Source of the DNA: Chrysomallon squamiferum | Taxonomy: Eukaryota; Animalia; Mollusca | Length of the DNA stretch: 64,000 nucleotides | Direction of reading: 5' to 3' | Assembly: GCA_012295275.1 (NCBI GenBank) | Contig: CM022670.1 | Coordinates: 9,734,001-9,798,000, forward strand | Shown: positions 1 to 10,700 of the stretch, one piece after another | How positions within the stretch are numbered: position 1 is the first letter of the stretch | Layout of the letters: each line of letters starts with the position of its first letter | Notes under the pieces: generated by a model | The model's database searches: none | Seen by the model: the letters and a program-made list of their open reading frames with translations, nothing else | Told to the model about the DNA's origin: nothing | Program-made: the position numbers and the translations under genes

Positions 1-829
1 AAACGGGGAGAGACATAGTTAGTCCGACAAGACTTGATAATGATATATTTTCTGCTCTTTTGTATATCCTTGATGTCATTGATGTGACTTTTGATACTGT
101 ATTATACAAATATTATTTAAACGAAGTAAATTGTAAGCTTGACTGTCTAAAATTATCAGCCAGTCATCCTAGAGGACCTAGGTAAACCGTAGGTTATTGT
201 CTTTATTCTGATAAGGACCAGTATTAATTCTGTATTACAAGGTTACTGATAATAAAATATGCCGTTAAGGATTAATTAAAAATTATCCAGTTAGGAATAG
301 AGTTGTAATTCCTTTATTAATTAAGTTCTCCTGGCTGCGTTTCTCAGTTATCAGTCGTGTATGTGTGGGATCACGTGTATGTGTGGTATCACGCGTATGT
401 GTTGTATCACGTGTATGTTTTGTATCACGTGTATGTGTTGTATCACGTGTATGTGTGGTATCACGGTGAAGTGAATAGAATATTGTGCAAACTAGACACC
501 TGGTGATTAACTAATTAAGTGAGTAATTCTGGGTTGTTATTATTATCGTTGTTGTTAGATATTTAACTGCGGCAAATATATTAGTCAGCTTAGGATTAAT
601 ACAGATTCCAAAATGTATTGTGTTTTGTTGTGTTTTCTAGTGAACTAACGTGCTATGTTATATATAGTATATACTTTATACAAGATCTTATCTCTGATCA
701 TACCTACAGCCAAGCCACTCGGGTATCGAACTACCCCATTCAGAGAGATCTAATAGATATCCAGTTTGGAGAGATATTGTGGATAATCGTCTTTTATTCA
801 GTTACGGGTATTATAGGATCCCCGTGACA
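1..829. mobile_element. Probable LTR end (solo LTR or terminus of an LTR retrotransposon), truncated by the window edge
   Basis: Block ends abruptly in ...GGATCCCCGTGACA at 829 (reverse complement TGTCACGGGG), matching a TG...CA LTR terminus. Composition changes after 829 and the block has an internal 18-bp tandem array. The other end and the TSD are outside the window. Confidence 0.45.
356..465. repeat. 18-bp tandem repeat (ATCACGTGTATGTGTKGT), about 6 copies
   Basis: Read directly; most units contain the E-box CACGTG. Confidence 0.9.
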
Positions 830-2151
830 CTTACAAATGTATTACAAATATAATAACGACAACAACAACAACGACGACGACGACAGTAATATTAACAATA
901 GCATTAACAATAATAAAATCATACTTCTGTTAACTGCAAAGTGATTTATTCATGAAACCAAATATCCAACACCTACCTGATGTTTTCTTGGTAATTTACT
1001 GATATGGATTATTACTTCCCTTGTCCTAGAAATGTTTTCTTTCTGGGGTTTTTTGTTTTTGTTTTTGCATGATCTTTGCTCTAGAGACTAAATGCGAGTT
1101 CGTCAGGTGTATGATAGATTTACGAGCTTACTGTTACTTTCAGAAAACAGATTATTTTTTTTCTTTTCTTTTTTTCTTTCTTTCTTTATTTATTTATTTA
1201 CTTGTCTGTTTGATAAATTATGATAAATAATCCAAAATGTTTATAAATTAGATAAATATTTAAAGAAAAAATGATTAAATCAAAACTACAGTACCTTTCT
1301 TGTCAGCTTTATTTATAAAGAAAAAATCGGAACTTTTCAGCTGTAAAATATATGCATATGTACCTCGAAATCACTGCACGTAACGGCATGAAATCTGGAC
1401 TACATTAATTAAACTGCTACATAATGATAATATAAATAACATAAAATTCACCTGTAAATATGCGTATTATCTCGAGCAAATATTTACATTGTATACTTAA
1501 AGAATACAGATGCGCCTACAAATAACAATATTAAAAATAGACATATATATATATAAAATACAGTGCAGGATTATCAACGTATCACATGAATGTTCGTTTT
1601 CCAAATACGTGCAACAAATCAGGAGTAGAGTCAACAGACACGGAATCCTACTTGGCCTCTTTCGCTTCATAAATAATGCTGTCGACCACGCAAGTTCCCA
1701 TTAAGTTGATGAACTCGTCACACCTAGCTTTTGACAGATAGGATGTGATTCCTTTGCCTTTACTGGAATAGCTTGTGATGTGCTCTCTATTAATATTTTA
1801 AATAAAGAGTGATTGAGATTCGAATAATGACTTAATCTGGTAAAATATGTAGTTTTTTTCCCAGAAATAATTTCGTAAATAAGGACTTGCGAAAGCCTGA
1901 TGTATCATTTTAATGCTAAATACTAATCAACAATAATAATAGTGCGCCATTAAAAGAAGGTACATGTAAAGAAATCCACAACACATCATATCCAGATATT
2001 AACACGTATGCTCCAAAGGCACCCACGGTGATGACTGCAAATGGGTCCAACTATTTACCGTTAAGACACTCCTAATATATCACAAGATGTCCCAAAGATA
2101 CACTAAGACTTCAACAATATTGCTTACTGTTGTAAAAATAAGACTTCGAAA

Positions 2152-2978
2152 ATTGCTTAAGAAAATAAAGGGCCCATTCGAAACATTTAGTTATTTTCAC
2201 GTTTATTTGTAATAAATAGAGGTTTAAATTTCTTACGTGAAAATTACAATAGTAAGCAATATGCCTACGTGCGTGACCGTGGTTTACGTTATCATTTTTA
2301 GCGCGTCACGTGATATTTCTACAAGTTACACACGTCGACATAAAGTTTTGTTTAACGACACCCCAGCTGACTCAGCTGGAAATAAAGCAATGTAAAATAC
2401 ATCTGAGTTCGCTGGTACCACAAAAATATTATTTAGTCGAACATACTCGCGCTACAAAAAGAACGTTTGTTTCAGTCTCAAAATAACGAATTAGACCTTA
2501 TTTGTTCCCATTTTAAACTACAAAAACACTTTTGTCGTTTTTCCCACTGGATACGAAAACAGTGCTAGGTTTTGCTATATTGTAAGGTTCAGCGGCAAAA
2601 GGTGATTCCCGGCCTTAAAAACCTTCATTCTCACATACCTATAGCCCATGAATAGTGCTTCCAGTTACTGAGTGTCAGATATGCGCTTTACACACGATAG
2701 TTTGTTCTCAGACAATGCATCAGACAACTGCTTAAGAAATTAAAGGTCCTATTCGAAACATTTAGTTACTTTCACCTTTATTCGTAATAAACTGAGGTTT
2801 AAGTTTCCTTCGTGTACTTTGTACGCCTAAGGGTGGTGACCTACTTGAGTGTTTTACGTTATCTTTTTTTATCGCGTCACGTAATATTTCTACAAGTTAC
2901 ACGTCGACATAAAGTTTTGTTTAACGACACCCCAACACACAGTCTAATCAGCGGCTGTTTGGTATCAAACATAAGGCA
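2152..2978. repeat. Dispersed direct duplication of about 210 bp (2152-2364 vs 2728-2933), each ending in a SINE-like fragment
   Basis: Shared blocks TTCGAAACATTTAGTTA, GCGTCACGT.ATATTTCTACAAGTTACAC and GTCGACATAAAGTTTTGTTTAACGACACCCC. The last motif resembles an abundant gastropod interspersed repeat (from memory, not searched). Confidence 0.75.
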
Positions 2979-4632
2979 TTTGCGACAAAGCAACTAGTGA
3001 ACTAGTTGTGGCCCACTGGCTAATGAGGAAAGAAACTTTCAACAACATACCTCTTAACAAAAAACAAATACCAAAAGCTATAGTACAAATCGTGATACCC
3101 AGCATTTTAATATTTAAAAACTGCGGGGCTCGTAGCATTTGCTTCAACTGCTACGTTGTTAATCCGACAGTGCATATGTAGTATAATATTTAAATAACTC
3201 CTGTATTCGTATCATATCAAATACCTAAATATTCTTAGTGTTCAGATACGCCTACAAATATCACTATTAAAAATATTAACATATATAAAAGATTTAAAAA
3301 AATAAAATAAAAATAAGTTTAAATAGAGAAAAAAAAAAAAAAAACCCAGCAACATTCGTTTACCCTTATTGTGTTATATTCTTATAACGCCTACAAATAT
3401 CAGTATTAAAAATGCAAACATATAAAAGACAAATAAAATTAACAGTATAAATAGAGAAGAAAAAAAAAAAACATTCCCATACCTGTAAAGTGAACAACCA
3501 ACACAAAAATGATTAATAACGCCCACCTGAAACTATTCCTAGTAATTCTGATGTAAACTCTTCGCTTTTCCTAGAAATGTTGTTTCCAAGAAGTGTACTT
3601 TAAAAGCATTACATGGATGTTCCCGATGTAACACTCTACCGCCGTTCACGATTCTTTTGTCAGTAACATATCTAAGGATATTGCCTTTTTTAGCTTACGA
3701 GAAATTTCCGTGGACCGATACGCTTCCCAGCACGATGTAAGTGAGGGGTTGCATCAAAATAAGTAGTTTACTTCACAGAATCACTGTATATGCAGTATTT
3801 GTACATATATAAGTATCTTTCTATAAAACTGAGCAGAAATCTGTGCGTTTTCTTTTCTTTTAGTTAGCTAGTTTTAGGCTCTTGTGATTTTTACCGTGTG
3901 CAACCGTTTATATATTATCATTCACATTTAAGCTACATATAGTTTAACGTCAAAATACATAACTATTTGATGTTGAAAATGATGGTATCTAATACGTTTA
4001 TACAGCATTAGTTTCGTGTATTTAGAAAATACACAGAGAAAAACAGTCTTTGCAATTTAAAATGGAACAAATAACTGTTCTGTATTTCGAAATTGAAACC
4101 ATGTTCTTTTAAAACTATTAGCGAGGTCCTCCATCATCCTATACTGACACAACCCCTCCATCAAGTCACGCTTCAGTTCACAGGCGTAGGATTGGGTTTT
4201 TTCTTGTATTGTGTATACACTTGTCAGGTATTATTCCCCAAACGACATTAACCTACATCTGGCGGTGAAACCGATATCCACACAAATACCCGATTTGTTC
4301 TTCACAAAAGGACACTAAATTGTATATACCTGTAAGGTTGTTTTCGAATGCATGTCAGTGTTTCCCAGATATTTTATTCTTACATAACAATGAAATACCC
4401 ACATCATACCTATAAAGATCTTTACTCAAACATATTTGAATACATACATACATTCACCACTTTCAAATTCATGTACGCCACTTAAAATATTTTCTTACTT
4501 GGTTTATCCACTTTTATTTCATCCGAATCAAAGTTAAAATAAAAAAACAAATTAAAAAAAACCCCTTCAAATGGCAAACAAAAGAAACAAAACAGTAAAT
4601 TAGAATGTTTCTTTAATTCGTAATTTATCAGT

Positions 4633-4708
4633 TTATTTCGCTACAGTTGTTGGGGCTGCAGGAGCTGCTTTGCGTGGCTTGGGAACTGTACCTTCACGGA
4701 AACCATTT
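4633..4708 (-). CDS. RPL37: RPL37 exon 4 ([13 protein letters not shown]...stop)
   Basis: TTTTTCAG acceptor; the TAA stop overlaps an AATAAA signal. Confidence 0.95.
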
Positions 4709-7700
4709 CTGAAAAACAAAACAGTAACTAGAAAACTATTTTCATTTTATCAAAATCCTTTCTCAATAATGATTGTTTTGTTTATGTCAGAAACAAAGAT
4801 TTTATTTTCCACTGAAATAGCAAGCAGGAAAACTATTCAACATTCACCATCAATATATTAAACTTTTATGTTTTTTAAAACTGATTAGCAATTACAAAGT
4901 CATGATTTTTGGGGGCCTATGATATATTTGAACGTGGTTTTTACACAAATTTTATGCCATTAATCGCTCTGCACTTTTTAAAATGGATAAATAACAAAAA
5001 TTTCTAAATATACATTCAGTGTATTTCTAATTATCGAGACCAACCAACAAATTATGATTGTAAATTTAGTAAAATTACTGTACCCGAAACTAAGTGAAGA
5101 ACACTCTTCAACATCAACATATTAAATTTTTATTCGTTTTAAAACTGATTAGTAATTACAAAGTCCTGATTTTTTTGGCTCATGATAAATTTGAACATAT
5201 TTTCTACCACTAATAACTGCACTTTTTAAAATGGATAAATAATAAAAAATTTCTAAATATACATTGAGTGTATTTGTAATTATGGAGACCAACCAACAAA
5301 ATATACTTGTAAAACTTCTGATTTTGTTTTAACGAGACACTGGCATTACAGGTAAACTGATTTCCATTAAAAAAAATTCTTACACCTCTACATATTATCA
5401 TCTTAGTTGACAGACTGAATTTTCAAAATTTAATTAACGACATTTTATAACAGTACAGCTATCCAGACATGTCAATATGTGTGCTAAAATATTTTGTATG
5501 CCTCAACGTTTGGCTGCAAAGAATTACTCAGCTGACATAATGGGAAGATATTTATCTTGAACAAATTGCAACTGAAATAAACCTATGATTTGGAAAGTGA
5601 AATGTACCTGAATCGTCTAAAGACTTTCTTCAAATGTCTCATTCTCCCTGTTCCAGTTGTTCGCCTCCTCTTTGACTTGATACTCCAGTTATCTACATGG
5701 AACACAAATAAGAAAATTAAGAAAAATTATCAGTTAAAATTTCACAACAAGCTACTCAAACCATTAGTTTATTAGACAATCAAACAACCAGGGATTTTCA
5801 GATATTTTAGAACTTTTTAAACTAACTGGATAACCACAGAGAAAGGACCAGGTATCTCCCTATCCAACTTTTTCCAGTGACAACGAACAATCTCAAGTGA
5901 AACAAGCAATAAACATACGTACATTTCAGTTACTGGATCATTCTTGATATAATGTGAACAAATCTTCAATAATATTATCAGTAGTTATGTATGTATGTAT
6001 AATGTGAAAGAAAAACCATATTCTTTTCCATAAATTATGTTACTACTTACTGAATATTATGATGCTAGTCATTTCAAAATGACCAAGCTAAAATTGGGAA
6101 AAAGTGGAGTTCCTGTTATGTATCATGTGTAACTATTTTTCACTCTAAACGTGATCAGTGATCAGTTACATAATATCAGCTGTATATTAGATTAGAACAC
6201 AAATGCATTCATTATGTGCAACTATCTTCAACTTGTGTACGAAGATCAGTATCTGGCAATCTTGTTACTGGCCAAAACAGTGTTAATTCCATTTCCTGAT
6301 GGGCAAAGTTGCCATATATTTTATGTGCACCTAGAAAATATACGTACCATTTAAAATGATTATACTGTTAAACTACCTTAATGTATAAACTTATTATCAT
6401 TCAGTGCATGTTGTTTTTTATATTTTAATAATTTGTGAGATTAATTTTCTTCTTCGTTCTGACTTCCAGCACATGTAACATGAAATTGATGAAAAGGTCC
6501 AAAAATGAAAGAATCGTTTGAAATACTCTTTGCTGTGAATTATGAAAAAAAAATGTCAAAATAGTGTATTTTCTTTATTATAGGTCACATTCACACATAA
6601 AATAACTATTGGTTCTGGTATTTATTGGAAAGTTAAAATAATTTAATCAGCTTGATAGTGATGGCCTCCAAAAAATTCTTATGACCAAAAGCAGGTAAGA
6701 TTAAATATGATACTGGGTTATGCATGGAACAATGCTAGACACAATTAATAATCTTACCTTTGATCCTTAGCATCAAAAGATACATTCACTATACAATGAA
6801 TACACACATACTTCATTCATGAGAAAATTTAAGAATGCATTGAATGATAAGATTAATAATATAATCATTTTAAACAGTGTAAATCCTTTCTAGATGTCAG
6901 TTTCAACATATATTCATTGGCGCTCATGTTATATTATCTCCTTGGGATTCCAGCATAAAAACAAGGGCAATAAATCCATAACTGTCTCGAGTCTCTATGT
7001 CTTGGTGTAAAATTTTAAAAATGGCCACCCAAATTTTGCATTATATTTTATATCATGATTTGTTTATTTTATTTTATTTTTTTTTCATTGTTTGGTTTTG
7101 CCCAGAAAAAGTAGTTAGTTAAAATGTAGCAGTTTTCAGTCACAAGCCTCTACCATCTTAAACAGTGTTTAACTGGACAAAAATATGCATCTATTATGAA
7201 TTTATGGGCTTTGAAATTACGGCTACTGCCTTAATATTCAACATATTTACTTAATACTGGTATCATTTTAAAGGGATTTCCAAGGTCTGAAAACTTTATC
7301 CATATAAATATATACATCGAACAGAATTAGACATTATTAATAATCTTACCTCCGATCTTTAATATCAATTGATACATACACTATAAAATGACTGCACCCA
7401 GATATGCATTTGAATACACATACACTTCATTCATGAGAAAATCTGAGAATGCATTGAATGGCATATGATGATTTTAAATAATGTATATCCTTTCTAGCTG
7501 TCAATAAAATGTTTGGCAGTTTCTAGGTATGTGCAGATAATCACCATTAGCGGCGGCCATTTTTTACCAATTAGCTGTTCCACTTCACACGTATTTTGCA
7601 TGAGGGGGCACCGTTTGTTCACTTTTCATTGGCTCGGGTTATATTCTTTCCTTGGGATTTCTGCATAAAAACACAGACAGGATATTCATAAGTGCTCACA

Positions 7701-10700
7701 ATTTCGAATATTTTGATTCCATTGAGTTTTGCTGTGCCTGTGCTGCTTTTTAGAAAATTACGAATTTTCAACACGCTTGAACCACTAAAACCAGCTACGT
7801 CACACGAACGAAAGGTAAGTGGACATTATAATTAGTTTTTTTTATCTTATTGTCTTTAAAATTTTATCAAAATGCTTGGACGCATTCAATTGTTATGATC
7901 GCCTCGTGAAATATGGTCTGTGTGTCATTTCGGTGTTCGATCGCCATTGTTACACTTTTTGGGAATTTTCAACATGCTACAGTAACTAAAACCGGTTAAT
8001 TGAGACGAATGAAAAGTAGCTGGACATAATAATTAGTTTTTTATCTTATTGTCTTTGAAATTTTGTCAAGCAGCTGCAAGCATGCTAACTAGAAACTCTA
8101 ATCTTCACCTCGTCAAGCATGGTTATTTCAACGTTACATCGCCGAAGTGAAAGTGTCATTGTGAATCAAACTTCCTGTTTAAGGACTTACGTTTGAGAAC
8201 GGATTATGCTGACTTAGTCTTCTTAAATTATCTTACATAAGAATGATGGAATAACATGTTCCTAACAATATATTAGTATTTTCATCCATAATTGTCTCAA
8301 AATCTCAGATGTTTTAGGATTTTAAAATCATAAAATTGACCAAACAATTATAATTTCTAAACACCAAATCAAATAAGCACTTGCTATTGCATTCTGTGTG
8401 GATTTAATTTGTACTGGTCATTCAAATTTTGCATTTCTTTTCATATAATTTTTTTTTTTTTTTGGTTTGACCCACAGTTGATGTTTTCATTTTGGTAATA
8501 CTGTGTCATAATTTCAACTTATTAAAACTTATTTCAGTTGTCTTCTCAGCTCTTTTCTTGTTATTTTCAGTGAATAACCAAGAGATGCCCTTGAGTAACA
8601 AGAAACAGTGCCCAATTAGATGTAACCAACCAAGCTTAGACAACATCTGCAAGAAAAGTATTCCACAGTTCCTGCAACAGATGAGTTTTATATTTACACT
8701 AGCTGTGGTAATGGTCAAACAACAACAGTTAGTGAATTATGTAGTCACTCCTAACCCTTCTGTGTTGAGACTTTCTGCTGAAGTAAAGAAAGTTGTGTAC
8801 CAGTTCAATAAGTTTTGAAATCTGGCTTATGCTGTATAATTTACCAAATTTATGTGTTTGTGTTCTGAAAAGTTTTTGAGAATGTAATCTTGAGAAAAAA
8901 AACAAGATGAGCCCCAACCTGGACTGAGTTGCAACCCACAATATGTTACTGCTTCCCCAGAACCACACAATTTATTGGATAGCAGTTCATACTGGGGAAA
9001 AGATTCAGAGGAATCTGCCATTCCAATATTGACAAAACCACCCATGAAAATCAGACAAACAAAAAACTGCCAGTCATGCAAGTTATTAAATAACTCCTTA
9101 ACAAATATGAGACTAAAACAGCTACAGCTTCAAAGGTCTACACACATTGCAATCTGAGATGTGAGAGCACAGCAAAAGAAAAAGGGATATGTAAAATTCT
9201 TAAACCATACAATCAGACAGAAAGAGGAACAGATAGCAAAACTTAAAGAAAAAGTACCATTTCAAAGGTTATGATGCATCTGCTCTGTCGAACTTTAAAA
9301 AAAGCCATGAACTGAAAAAGTACCACAGCGAAAAAAAAATAAAAAACTGAATTAGAAACTCTGCTCTCTGCCACAAACAAAATTTCTGAACTTAAAATTA
9401 AACTTGAATTAAAACAAATGGAGATAATTGATCTCCAGAGAGATAAAATCCTGCTTGAAGAAAAGCTTCATGAGTCAGTTAGTAAACTAAAATCAACAAA
9501 GTATAATGGAAAGGTCTATTCTGCAGATCTAAGAATGATTGTATTTGATGCCATTGTTAATCAGGTGCCAACCAGCAATATCCCTGTTCTTCTTCAGAAT
9601 TTTTTGTTTGAGGTGTGGTGTTCCACTGAAGGACATCCCACATAGAACCACTACTGAGGCAATGATAAGGGAACTTGGAGTAATAACTGAATTACAGGCA
9701 GCTGAAGCTGTAATTGAGAATAAAAGTTGTTCACTTGATTTTGATGCCACAACACAGGAGGGCACACATGTGAAAGTGTCCACATTGCCACACCAGAGAA
9801 CTGTTTGTTGCTGCAGTTGATGAACTGGCTGGTGGGACTGCTGATGATTACCATGAGCACATATCTGACTCCATTAATAACTTACTAGAACATACTTAAA
9901 CTTTCATGAGGATGATTATCAAACTGCAAGAACAAAAATAATTTCTAATATTTGCAATACCCTTACTGATCGATGCCCTGCAAATTATGCTGCAATTCAG
10001 CTTCAGAATGAAAAGTGGAACAAAACACTCAATGAATTAAATTGCCATGAACTGAAAACTCAATTGCAACAAAAACTCTTGCTGCTCTAAAGGTATGTGA
10101 AGCAGAAATCAGAATAGAAAAGAAACTTAAAGGGACAGACTGTTTAGATGGAAACATAGTAGTGCAGATGAACAAAATGAGGTTTATGGATAGCAAGGGT
10201 GATCCTCATGGTTTCACCATTTTTCTAGACCACAAAAACTTGGCACGTGGGATCTTGCCCAGATACAGAGGTAACCACCTACATATCCTTTTTCATATAT
10301 GTGGCGTTTTCACTCACTTCCATAATTTATTCACGAGTTTTCTGCAGAAGTGTGCATCGTGTGGTGGTTTACGGCATAGCATCCTAGCAGGCTTTGTGTT
10401 TGTTCCTGCACAAGTGGAAGTGCAGGTGCTTGGACTTATTGGGAAACTGCTCAGTGGACCTTGGATGAACAAGTTCTACCATCAGCAGTTGCCCCAGAAC
10501 AAGTAAACCACATTCAGGGCATTGAGCTTGTTAAGCAAGTTATTGCCAAACTGAAAGTCAGTGCACAGGCCCCTGAAGACACTGTCATGCAAGATGGATT
10601 TTTTTGGACATACACTTTTGCAAGAACCAACTCTGGAAATGCTCCAAGCAGCACCTAAAGACATCTCCCTGTTTACAAACATGATGAAGAGTTGTTTGAA

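Noticed and set aside
4709-7516. snoRNAs in RPL37 introns (ribosomal protein introns often host them), including the duplicated unit in intron 3
   Set aside because: I found no canonical RTGATGA...CTGA pair with a terminal stem on the minus strand by eye; H/ACA RNAs cannot be excluded without a scan.
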